Shown here piece after piece: positions 48,205-56,840 of a stretch of DNA of 64,000 bases. How positions within the stretch are numbered: position 1 is the stretch's first letter; each line of letters begins with the position of its first letter. The notes under the pieces were generated by a model, which made no database searches, was not told the DNA's origin, and worked only from the letters and a program-made list of their open reading frames with translations. Source of the stretch: Longimicrobiales bacterium (GTDB lineage Bacteria; Gemmatimonadota; Gemmatimonadetes; Longimicrobiales; Gaopeijiaceae); the NCBI GenBank assembly GCA_965248195.1, contig CBDFIQ010000002.1, positions 1,696,001 to 1,760,000 on the forward strand, read 5' to 3'. The translations under genes and the position numbers were made by a program.

Positions 48205-49281
48205 ATGTGGATTGAGCCCGCACGGCTCACCCTTGCCGAGCTGGCAGCCATGGTAGGAGGACGGGCTGCGGGCGACATCAACAAGCCGATTTCCGGGGTC
48301 ACGTCGCTCACCCAGGCAGGGCCCTCGGATCTCGGGCTCCTGGTCGACTCCCGTTATTCTCACAGCGCGGCCGAAAGCGCTGCCGGAGCCATCCTCGTCT
48401 CCTCGAAATTGGAGAACGCCTTGGATCCCGCCCAAAGCCGGGTCGTGATGGAGGACCCTCGCATGGCGCTCCCGACCATCCTCGAACACTTCTATTCGGA
48501 TCCGGGCCCACCGCCCGGACTCCACGAAACAGCGGTCATCGCCGAGGACGTGAAGCTCGGTACGGGCGTGTCGGTGGGACCCTACGTGGTGATCGAAGAA
48601 AACGTCGTGATCGGGGAGGGGACCACCCTATATGCCCACGTGGTCGTCCGCGGCGGAGCACGATTGGGCCGGAACGTGACACTCCACCCACACGTCGTCC
48701 TATATCCGCATGTACAGTTGGGCGACCGGGTCGTCTTACACGCCGGTGTGTGCGTGGGAGTGGACGGGTTCGGGTACACGCACTCGGAGGAGGGTCTGGA
48801 GCAGATCCCGCATGTCGGATCATGCATTATCGGCGACGACGTGGAGATCGGTGCAAACAGTTGTGTGGACCGTGGCTCTCTCGGACGCACCGAGCTGGAG
48901 CCACAGGTGAAGTTGGACAATCTGGTCCATATCGCGCACAACGTCAGTGTGGGTCCCCGGACGGTCATGGCCGCACAAGTGGCGATCGCAGGTTCCACGC
49001 AGGTCGGAGCCGACACCATGTGGGGGGGGCAGGCCGGCGCAATGGATCATATTTCCGTCGGCGACGGCGCTCAGGTAGCGGCGCGAACTGGCCTGACCGA
49101 AGACGTTCCGGCGGGGAGTAGGATGGGGGGGTTTCCGGCTCGATCCCTCAAAGATTTCCTCAGGGCCCAGGCCCTTCTCTTCCGCCTAGGCTCACTCCGC
49201 CGCCGTGTCCGCGTCCTCGAACGTCTTCTTGCTTCCGGCGAGAACAGGGCTGTTTCCGCCGAAAACGAGGACCCGGGATGA
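48205..49281 (+). CDS. lpxD: UDP-3-O-acylglucosamine N-acyltransferase
   Basis: Hexapeptide repeats; DGFGY, VEIGANS.VDRG and KLDNLVHIAHN. Confidence 0.96.
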   Translation: MWIEPARLTLAELAAMVGGRAAGDINKPISGVTSLTQAGPSDLGLLVDSRYSHSAAESAAGAILVSSKLENALDPAQSRVVMEDPRMALPTILEHFYSDPGPPPGLHETAVIAEDVKLGTGVSVGPYVVIEENVVIGEGTTLYAHVVVRGGARLGRNVTLHPHVVLYPHVQLGDRVVLHAGVCVGVDGFGYTHSEEGLEQIPHVGSCIIGDDVEIGANSCVDRGSLGRTELEPQVKLDNLVHIAHNVSVGPRTVMAAQVAIAGSTQVGADTMWGGQAGAMDHISVGDGAQVAARTGLTEDVPAGSRMGGFPARSLKDFLRAQALLFRLGSLRRRVRVLERLLASGENRAVSAENEDPG

Positions 49282-50558
49282 TTTCCCAGCAACATACCCT
49301 CGCCGGTGAGCATACGCTCGAGGGCGTGGGGGTGCATTCGGGAGAAAACGTATCACTGACCATGGGGCCCGCCGAAACGGGTGGTGTGCGCTTCCGGCGC
49401 GTCGATCTCAGCGGGTCTCCCGAGATTCCGGCCGACCTCGATCACGTAGTGGGATGCGAGATGGGGACGAGTCTGGGTGCGGGTGAGGTGAGGGTCCAGA
49501 CGGTCGAGCATGTAATGGCCGCCCTCTACGCTGCGGGGGTCGATCACGCAGTCATTGCGTTGAGGGGACCCGAGGCGCCAATCCTGGACGGCAGCTTCCA
49601 ACGCTACCTGGCCGCGGTCTCGGAGACGGGCACCGTGGAGTTGGAGGCGCCCGCCGAAGTGATCTCCGTGCGGGGGCGCCTGACGGTGACCACACCGACT
49701 GGCTCGTCCTACGTCGTGACCCCCGCGGACGCTCTGCGTGTGTCCGCTACCATCGATTTCGAGCACCAGGCGATCGGGCGCCAACACAATTCCTTCGACA
49801 TGAGCGAAGAGGCTTTCCGCCGCGAAATCGCCCCGGCCCGCACGTTCGGGTTCCATCAGGATGCCGAGGCCTTGAGAGCCCGGGGGCTCGCTCGAGGCAC
49901 ATCACTCGAAAACACCATCGTTCTCGACGACGAGGGAATAATGAACGACAGCCTTCGGTTCGATGACGAATTCGTGAGGCATAAGATCGGGGATCTGATC
50001 GGAGATCTGGCCCTGATCGGTCGACGCGTACATGGGCACATCGTTTCCGAGTGCCCGAGCCATGAAGGGAACATCAAACTTGCGAGGACTCTCTTGAAGC
50101 ATGCCCAAGCAGCTTCCCACGACCTTCCCATCGAGGTCGATCGGATCATGGAGCACCTTCCGCATCGGTATCCCTTCCTCCTGGTGGACCGGATCTTGGA
50201 GTTCGAACCCGAGAAGCGGATCGTAGGCCTCAAGAACGTCACCATCAGCGAGCCCTACTTTCAGGGTCACTTCCCGGGTCACCCGGTGATGCCGGGAGTC
50301 CTCATCATCGAGGCCATGGCACAGGCAGGTGGGCTTCTCCTGATGGACTCGGTGCCCGACCCAGAGAACAAGGTCGTGTATTTCATGTCGCTGGATAACG
50401 TGAAATGGCGCAAGCCCGTCATTCCTGGAGATCAGCTCGTCTTCGAGGTCGAAATGCTCCAATTCCGCCGCAATGTGTGCAAGCTTCGAGGCGTCGCGAA
50501 GGTGGACGGCAAGGTGGTCGCCGAGGCGGATATGATGGCTGGGATCGTCGATCGATGA
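49278..50558 (+). CDS. lpxC: Bifunctional LpxC / FabZ
   Basis: GVGVHSG, TVEH and RHKIGD (LpxC) fused to LPHRYPFLLVDR and GHFP..PVMPGVLIIEAMAQ (FabZ). Confidence 0.96.
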   Translation: MISQQHTLAGEHTLEGVGVHSGENVSLTMGPAETGGVRFRRVDLSGSPEIPADLDHVVGCEMGTSLGAGEVRVQTVEHVMAALYAAGVDHAVIALRGPEAPILDGSFQRYLAAVSETGTVELEAPAEVISVRGRLTVTTPTGSSYVVTPADALRVSATIDFEHQAIGRQHNSFDMSEEAFRREIAPARTFGFHQDAEALRARGLARGTSLENTIVLDDEGIMNDSLRFDDEFVRHKIGDLIGDLALIGRRVHGHIVSECPSHEGNIKLARTLLKHAQAASHDLPIEVDRIMEHLPHRYPFLLVDRILEFEPEKRIVGLKNVTISEPYFQGHFPGHPVMPGVLIIEAMAQAGGLLLMDSVPDPENKVVYFMSLDNVKWRKPVIPGDQLVFEVEMLQFRRNVCKLRGVAKVDGKVVAEADMMAGIVDR

Positions 50559-51364
50559 ACACCGGTTCTTGGAGTACTGGAGGCGAGGTCGAGGCCCTCG
50601 TCCACCCGACCGCCATTATCGATTCCGAGGCGAATGTGGCTCCGGGTGTGGCCGTTGGGCCGTATTCGATCATCGGGCCGGGCGTTTCGGTCGGACTAGG
50701 CACGGTTCTCGGGCCCCACGTGCTTTTGGAGCGAGATACCACGGTCGGCGAACAGTGCCAGATCGCCAAGGGCGCGGTCCTCGGAAGTGATCCGCAGGAT
50801 CTCAAGTACGAGGGCGAACCTTCCCGGTTGATCGTGGGCGACCGCACCGTGGTGCGCGAGTATGCGACGCTCAATCGTGGCACACGAGCCTCGGGGAAGA
50901 CCACCGTGGGGAGTGACTGTTTGATCATGGCCTATGCGCACGTGGCTCATGACTGCGAAATCGGAAATCACGTCGTCCTCTCGAATGCGGTGAACATGGC
51001 CGGCCACGTGGTGATCGAGGACTGGGCGATCGTCGGGGGCCTCACGGCGATCCATCAGTTCGTTCGCATCGGCGCGCATTCGTTCTGTGGCGGGGGGTCC
51101 AGAGTTCCCCAGGACATACCGCCGTACCTCAAGGTGGCCGGAAATCCGGTCAAGGCTTACGGGCTCAACAATGTCGGATTGGAGAGGCGGGGCGTTTCCG
51201 AGGACGTGAGACGAGCCTTGAAGCAAACCTACCAAGTCCTATACCAATCGAAACTTACGCTAATGCGTAGTCTGGATATTGCTGAGAAAGAGGTGGAGCA
51301 AATCCCTGAGGTCCGGCACCTGTTGACGTTCATTCGCTCCAGCAAGCGCGGGGTCACCACCTGA
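50555..51364 (+). CDS. lpxA: UDP-N-acetylglucosamine O-acyltransferase
   Basis: VHPTAII, PQDLKY.GE, HVAHDC, IHQFVRIG and GLN.VGLERRG. Confidence 0.97.
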   Translation: MNTGSWSTGGEVEALVHPTAIIDSEANVAPGVAVGPYSIIGPGVSVGLGTVLGPHVLLERDTTVGEQCQIAKGAVLGSDPQDLKYEGEPSRLIVGDRTVVREYATLNRGTRASGKTTVGSDCLIMAYAHVAHDCEIGNHVVLSNAVNMAGHVVIEDWAIVGGLTAIHQFVRIGAHSFCGGGSRVPQDIPPYLKVAGNPVKAYGLNNVGLERRGVSEDVRRALKQTYQVLYQSKLTLMRSLDIAEKEVEQIPEVRHLLTFIRSSKRGVTT

Positions 51365-51397
51365 GCGGTCGCGGTGGGACGTGCCAAAGGGAGGTCC

Positions 51398-51532
51398 ATG
51401 TCGCTGATACGCATCCGTCGGCAACGGAAAAAGAACTGGATCGATAAGAAGGCGGGCTGGTCGCCTCGCCGACTCGTGATTTTTCTCGCCATGCTCCTGG
51501 CCGCGATCTGGTATCTGGGTTTCCGATTCTGA
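51398..51532 (+). CDS. 44-aa basic single-TM small protein; absent from the ORF track
   Basis: GGGAGG RBS; MSLIRIRRQRKKNWIDKKAGWSPRRLVIFLAMLLAAIWYLGFRF. Confidence 0.75.
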   Translation: MSLIRIRRQRKKNWIDKKAGWSPRRLVIFLAMLLAAIWYLGFRF

Positions 51533-52671
51533 AGAGCGCGGGCGAGAGCGCGGACCCGACGATCCTGGTCCTCGCCGGTGAGGCCTCGGGTGATGAGTAT
51601 GCCGCGCGCCTGGTCGAGGCCCTGAAGGCGCGGTGGCCACGCAGCCGTTTCCTCGGCATCGGCGGTGCGCGAATGAAGGGCCAGGGGGTCGAGCTACTCG
51701 CCGACCTCGACGCGCTGGCAGTCATGGGAGTCGCCGAGGTCCTCCCGCGACTCCCCTTTCTTCACCGCCTCAAATGGCGGCTCATCTCACTCTTGGATAG
51801 CGGCGTCGTGGATCTCGTGATTCCGGTCGATTATGCCGGATTCAATCTCCGAATCGCGAGGGCCGCTCGGCGACGTGAGCTACCTGTCCTCTACTATATC
51901 GCCCCGAAGGTCTGGGCGTGGGGTGCCCGCCGCGTAAAGAAACTGGCCGCCTACACCAACCATCTTGCGCTGATTCTTCCGTTCGAGGAGGAGGCCTTGG
52001 TGGGGGCCGGGGCGAATGCCACCTTCGTCGGGCATCCGCTCCTGGAGACCCCGGCCCAGGAGCCTGATCGACCGGCGTTCTGCCGTAGGTGGGGTCTCGA
52101 CGCCCAACGCCCGATTCTGGCGCTGCTGCCGGGATCCAGGGATCAGGAGCTGCACCGTCACCTGGCCCTGTTCCTCGAGGCGGGCCGTCTCGTTCAGGAC
52201 CGAGGAGGCGACGTACAGCTCGTGCTCGCGCGTGCTTCGTCGATTTCGCCCTCCGCCTTCCGTGCCGTCGAGGCCGCGGTGGTCGATGACGCGCGAAGCC
52301 TTCTCGCTCATTCAGCGCTGGCCCTCGTGAAATCAGGCACTTCAACGCTCGAGGCGGCCCTCGAGGGAACCCCATGCGTCGTGGTGTACCGAACGCATCC
52401 GGTCACGTTCGCCTTGGCACGAAGGCTCCTACGAGTCGACCGTATCGCGTTACCGAACCTGATCGCGGGACGAGATGTCATACCCGAGGTGCTCCAGAAC
52501 CAAGCAACCCCCGACCGCCTCGCCGATCTTCTCCTGAGGCTTCTCCCACCGGACTCCGCTGAGCGGGCCGACATGATCACCGGCTTCCTGGGGATACGAG
52601 CCGCACTCGGCGAACCTGGAGCATCCGCCCGCGTCGCCGAGCTGGCGGCAGATCTTCTGGAGATTTCGTGA
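51529..52671 (+). CDS. lpxB: Lipid-A-disaccharide synthase (probable CTG start at 51529)
   Basis: Conserved ILVLAGEASGD lies upstream of the track's ATG 51673; DYAGFN, YYIAPKVWAW, FVGHPL, LLPGSR and SGTSTLE. Confidence 0.93.
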   Translation: MKSAGESADPTILVLAGEASGDEYAARLVEALKARWPRSRFLGIGGARMKGQGVELLADLDALAVMGVAEVLPRLPFLHRLKWRLISLLDSGVVDLVIPVDYAGFNLRIARAARRRELPVLYYIAPKVWAWGARRVKKLAAYTNHLALILPFEEEALVGAGANATFVGHPLLETPAQEPDRPAFCRRWGLDAQRPILALLPGSRDQELHRHLALFLEAGRLVQDRGGDVQLVLARASSISPSAFRAVEAAVVDDARSLLAHSALALVKSGTSTLEAALEGTPCVVVYRTHPVTFALARRLLRVDRIALPNLIAGRDVIPEVLQNQATPDRLADLLLRLLPPDSAERADMITGFLGIRAALGEPGASARVAELAADLLEIS

Positions 52672-53432
52672 AGTCCGCGTTTACCCGGATCGGGCTCGGG
52701 GTGTTGGGTCGAATCGGGCCGGCCGGGTTGGGCCTCACGGGCCGATATGCCCTACGGGCTCTTTTTCGGACTCTGCACGTGGAGAGCACGGGGCACCACC
52801 ACGTGATGGAGCTCAGGCAAGAGGGTACGCGGGTCATCTTCGTCTTCTGGCATGGACGACTCTTGCCCTTGATCCACGTTCATCGGCACGACGGCATCGT
52901 GGTCCTGGTCAGTGAACATCGCGACGGGGATTACCTCACACGCCTTCTCCATCATTTCGGCTTCGGGACCGTGCGGGGCTCGAGCACGCGCGGGGGGGTA
53001 CGGGGCCTGAAAGGGCTCATCCGAGCGGCTGGGAGGGGACTGGATCTCGCCATTACACCGGACGGCCCCCGAGGCCCGAACCGCGAGCTGAAGCCCGGCG
53101 CGTTGACCGCCGCCCGCATGACGGGCCTTCCACTGGTGCCGGTGGGGGTCGGAGTCACTTCCGCCTGGCGCATCCGAAGTTGGGACGAGCTCCTCGTGCC
53201 CAAGCCCTTTTCGACGGTACGGGTCGCTTACGGTCGTCCCAGCTTCGTCCCCAGACACGCTAGCCAGGCAGAGATCGACGAGGTGATCGGGTCGCTCGAA
53301 TTCGGGCTGATCGACCTCGCCGCCCAAGTCGGAGACGCGCAGCCCCCCGGCCCAATCACCGACAGCGGCCCAATCACCGATACCGGCCCAATCACCGACA
53401 CCGGTGCAATCACAGACACGCCTGCTTCGTGA
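52668..53432 (+). CDS. DUF374 / lysophospholipid acyltransferase family protein
   Basis: FWHGRL, LVSEHRDG, VRGSS.RGG, ITPDGPRGP and SWD...PKPFS. Confidence 0.9.
   Translation: MKSAFTRIGLGVLGRIGPAGLGLTGRYALRALFRTLHVESTGHHHVMELRQEGTRVIFVFWHGRLLPLIHVHRHDGIVVLVSEHRDGDYLTRLLHHFGFGTVRGSSTRGGVRGLKGLIRAAGRGLDLAITPDGPRGPNRELKPGALTAARMTGLPLVPVGVGVTSAWRIRSWDELLVPKPFSTVRVAYGRPSFVPRHASQAEIDEVIGSLEFGLIDLAAQVGDAQPPGPITDSGPITDTGPITDTGAITDTPAS
53349..53420 (+). repeat. 4 x 18-bp tandem repeat encoding G(P/A)ITD(S/T)
   Basis: GGCCCAATCACCGA(C/T)A(G/C)C three times plus one degenerate unit. Confidence 0.95.
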
Positions 53433-54457
53433 GGAGTCTTGGCGGGTGGCTCAGGCGTTCGTGGGACGGACGGAGCGGCCCTCTGGGCCGGCTCATGATC
53501 GGGCTACTACTTTTCGCGGAGACGCTTTACCGTGGAGCCGTCCTCCTCCGCAATCGATGTTTTGATCTTGGGATCCTGCGCCAATCCGAGAGCGGCATTC
53601 CCGTCATATCGGTAGGTAACCTCGCGGTCGGAGGAACCGGAAAGACACCGGTTTCGTCATGGCTCATCGCCCGCCTCACCGAGATGGGACACCGGCCCGC
53701 GCTCGTCACCCGGGGTTATGGCTCGGACGAAGTCCTCCTCTACGAGGTTCACAATCCCGGTGTGGCGGTGGTGGTCCAGAAGTCGAAAGTCGAGGGTGTT
53801 GCCCAGGCGGCGAGGGAGGGGGCCACAGTGGCCGTTCTGGACGACGGCTTTCAGCATCGGGCGGCGAGAAGAGACGTAGACATCGTGCTCCTGGCGGCGG
53901 AGCACGGCGTCGCAGGCCCGTTGCTTCCCCGGGGACGCTTTCGGGAGCCGGTGAGCGGGCTGTCACGGGCCGACGCGATCGTGGTCACGCGAAAGGTCGC
54001 GACCCAGGATGCAGCGTGTGCGGTGGGGCGCCTCGCCGCGAGCTGGGCGCCCAAGTCGGTGTTGGGGCAGATCCACCTGGAGGAGGACCTTTGGGCGGAG
54101 TTGGAGAGCGAGCCGACGGCCGGCGCACCCGCCGGACCGCCGGCCGGAGATCTCCTCGCCGTGTCCAGCATCGCAGAGCCCGACGGGTTCCACGAGATGG
54201 TTCGCTCCAAGGCCAGTGGGGTGGTAGAGTGCATGGCCTTCCCGGATCACCACCCGTTTTCCGACAAGGACGTTCGCCGGATCGTGGAGCGGGCAAATGG
54301 GAGGCCCGTGGTCACCACCGAGAAGGACGCCGTAAAGCTGGGGACGTTTTCGCAGGAAATGCCACGGACGTACGTTCTGCGTCTTCGGGTGGCGTGGGAC
54401 TTCGGGCAGGACGCCGTCATGGAACTCATTCGACGAGCGCTGGATAAGAACCCATGA
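53429..54457 (+). CDS. lpxK: Tetraacyldisaccharide 4'-kinase
   Basis: VISVGNLAVGGTGKTP, LDDGFQH, LLP.G.FRE, FPDHH and TTEKDAVK. Confidence 0.96.
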   Translation: MRSLGGWLRRSWDGRSGPLGRLMIGLLLFAETLYRGAVLLRNRCFDLGILRQSESGIPVISVGNLAVGGTGKTPVSSWLIARLTEMGHRPALVTRGYGSDEVLLYEVHNPGVAVVVQKSKVEGVAQAAREGATVAVLDDGFQHRAARRDVDIVLLAAEHGVAGPLLPRGRFREPVSGLSRADAIVVTRKVATQDAACAVGRLAASWAPKSVLGQIHLEEDLWAELESEPTAGAPAGPPAGDLLAVSSIAEPDGFHEMVRSKASGVVECMAFPDHHPFSDKDVRRIVERANGRPVVTTEKDAVKLGTFSQEMPRTYVLRLRVAWDFGQDAVMELIRRALDKNP

Positions 54458-54927
54458 AGATCACGGCCATCGTTGTCGGTCGGGCCGGCGCTCCCTTGAA
54501 AGATGCCATACTCGAATACGAAACACGGGCGGGACGGTATTGGAAGTTCAATGTGATCGAGGTGGCATCGGAGGCCCGCCTTCTCGCTCGACTCCCCGAG
54601 GGCGCACAGATCGTCGCGCTTACACGGACCGGCCAAGGCATGAGCTCGGCGGACCTGGCCGCCTATCTCCAGGATCATGCCCTCCACTCGACCGCAGAGG
54701 TGTGTTTCGTCATTGGAGGAGCTGCGGGCCTGGACGCTGGTATTCTGGACCGAGCGCACAAGTTGTGGTCACTTTCCCATGCCACACTTCCCCATCAGCT
54801 GGCCCGGCTCGTGCTTGCCGAGCAGTTGTATCGGGCCGGCACCATCATCAGAAATGAACCCTACCACAAAGGACCGACGTCGAGGCGCCAACAAGCACCC
54901 CCGTCGTCGAAGAGCCATCGTGCATAG
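54454..54927 (+). CDS. rlmH: 23S rRNA pseudouridine-1915 N3-methyltransferase
   Basis: FVIGGAAG, SLS..TLPHQLARLVLAEQLYRA...EPYHK. Confidence 0.92.
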   Translation: MKITAIVVGRAGAPLKDAILEYETRAGRYWKFNVIEVASEARLLARLPEGAQIVALTRTGQGMSSADLAAYLQDHALHSTAEVCFVIGGAAGLDAGILDRAHKLWSLSHATLPHQLARLVLAEQLYRAGTIIRNEPYHKGPTSRRQQAPPSSKSHRA

Positions 54928-54948
54928 GATCTGGATCTGGAGGATCGG

Positions 54949-56550
54949 CTGAACTTCGAACTTCTGATAGGGCGACCCTCGGGCTCGCCCCTGTATGAGG
55001 AATATCTGCGCGGGAGCGATGCCGTGGCCTCCTTCTACTCGGGCGCCTGGCAGGACCCGAAGGCCTATCGGGATCTCTTGGAGGGCGTCGATGCACGCTT
55101 CGATTCCCATGCTCGACGGCGGGCACTCGGGGCACTGCGAGTTCCGGAAAGCGTCGACCAGGAGCGGCTCGACCGATGGGTCGAGGAACACGGCGTCATC
55201 GTCACGACCGGCCAGCAGCCCGGCCTCCTGGGAGGCCCACTCTACTCGCTCTACAAGGGCATTTCGGCGGTTCGCCTGGCGGAGCAGCTCGAGCGGTCCC
55301 TGGCCCGGCCGGTGCTCCCCGTGTTCTGGGTGGCCTCGGAGGATCATGACTGGGATGAGGCAGACCACACGTACGTCATCGACACTGCGAACGAACTGGT
55401 CCGTCTTCAGGTGCGAGATCCCGGACACGTCAGGCAGGCTCTGCACCGTATCCCACTCGGTGATGAGATGGCCGATGTGTTGGAGCAGGCCATACAGAAT
55501 CTTCCCGCGACGGATTTCAGCGCTCACTACGTCGACCTGCTTCGCGAGGCCTACAAGCCGGGGGCGACCCTTGCGGATGGCTTCGCAGAAGTGCTTTTCA
55601 GCCTTTTGGCACCGCTCGGCATGTGTTTCGCCGACGCGGCGTCGCCGGCCGTCAAGGAGCTCTCGGGACCGCTCCTCCTGGAGGAGCTGGATCGAGCCGA
55701 GGCGCATGAAGCGCTGCTTCGGGAGGATGCGGAGAAGCTCGAAGGCGCCGGCTATACACCACAGGTGACCATCTTGGACGGGGCGGTCAATCTCTTCTTG
55801 GAGGGTTCCGAGGGACGGGAGCGGATCTACCGGAACGGGAGGGACTTCGAGCTTCGCCGTTCTCGAGAGTCCGTGGCGGCGGAGGCGATACGCGAGCGCG
55901 CCGAGGCCGATCCGCTCACGCTGAGTCCGAACGTACTTCTCCGTCCCGTGGTCGAGAGCACGATCTTTCCCGTGGTCAGCTACGTGGCCGGTCCCGGTGA
56001 AGCGGCGTATTACGCCCAGATCAAGCGACTCTTCGAAGCTCATGGACTCACGATGCCGGTGATCTACCCCCGGCATGCCGTGACGGTGATCGAGGCCAAA
56101 GTCCGAAAGAGGCTCGACAAATTCGGCCTGGACCTGGAGCGCCTTCAACGTCCCCTGCACGAAATCATGTCCGATATCGCCCGCGATGAAGTGCCAGAGG
56201 GTGTACTTCAGGCTCTGGAGGACCTCAAGAGCTCCGTGGAACGGGGCTCCGCCGATCTCCTCAAAGCCGCGACGGGCATCGACCCCACGCTGGAGGGTCC
56301 GGTCACGAACGCCCGAAACAATGCGCTGTCCGCTTTTCAAGCCGCGGAACGAAAGATCATACAGAGCGTAAAGCGGGAGAACGAAGTCGCGTCGAGCCAA
56401 CTCGAGGTGGCGCAACGCCACCTTTTTCCGGACGGGCAGCCCCAAGAGCGAATGCTGGCGCCCTTGTACTACCTGGTTCGCTACGGGAGTGACTTCGTGG
56501 CATCCCTCGCCGAGGGTTTTACGGTGGATTTGGCTGAAGAGACGGAGTAG
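54949..56550 (+). CDS. bshC: Bacillithiol biosynthesis cysteine-adding enzyme BshC (probable CTG start at 54949; track start 55024)
   Basis: VTTGQQPGLLGGPLYSLYK, PVFWVASEDHDWDE, SPNVLLRP, YVAGPGE.AYYAQ and PQER. Confidence 0.92.
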   Translation: MNFELLIGRPSGSPLYEEYLRGSDAVASFYSGAWQDPKAYRDLLEGVDARFDSHARRRALGALRVPESVDQERLDRWVEEHGVIVTTGQQPGLLGGPLYSLYKGISAVRLAEQLERSLARPVLPVFWVASEDHDWDEADHTYVIDTANELVRLQVRDPGHVRQALHRIPLGDEMADVLEQAIQNLPATDFSAHYVDLLREAYKPGATLADGFAEVLFSLLAPLGMCFADAASPAVKELSGPLLLEELDRAEAHEALLREDAEKLEGAGYTPQVTILDGAVNLFLEGSEGRERIYRNGRDFELRRSRESVAAEAIRERAEADPLTLSPNVLLRPVVESTIFPVVSYVAGPGEAAYYAQIKRLFEAHGLTMPVIYPRHAVTVIEAKVRKRLDKFGLDLERLQRPLHEIMSDIARDEVPEGVLQALEDLKSSVERGSADLLKAATGIDPTLEGPVTNARNNALSAFQAAERKIIQSVKRENEVASSQLEVAQRHLFPDGQPQERMLAPLYYLVRYGSDFVASLAEGFTVDLAEETE

Positions 56551-56561
56551 CTTTCATCATC

Positions 56562-56840
56562 ATGATCCCGATGATTTTCCTCCTCGTTCTCCTGATCCCG
56601 ATCTTGGCGATCGTCCTGGATTCTCCGATGGGGCGGGCCCTCGCCGGACGCATGGAGCGCCGCGGGCTTTCCTCCGGAGGTGAAGACGCGACCTCCGAGC
56701 GGCTTTCCTACCTGGAGGGGGAGGTGGAGCGGCTGACCACGGAAATGCGGAAGCTCGAGGAAGAGAGCCAGTTCTTGAATCAGCTCCTCACCGATCGGCC
56801 CGATTCACGGGTGCTACCGCCTGGTGACGAGAACGGTTAG
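56562..56840 (+). CDS. Small membrane-anchored coiled-coil hypothetical protein
   Basis: N-terminal TM segment (IFLLVLLIPILAIVLDSPMGRALA), coiled coil, in operon. Confidence 0.75.
   Translation: MIPMIFLLVLLIPILAIVLDSPMGRALAGRMERRGLSSGGEDATSERLSYLEGEVERLTTEMRKLEEESQFLNQLLTDRPDSRVLPPGDENG

Noticed and set aside
54454..56550. rlmH-bshC stop-codon readthrough fusion (same frame, single TAG)
   Set aside because: An independent GGAGG RBS with a CTG start explains bshC; no recoding signal is visible.
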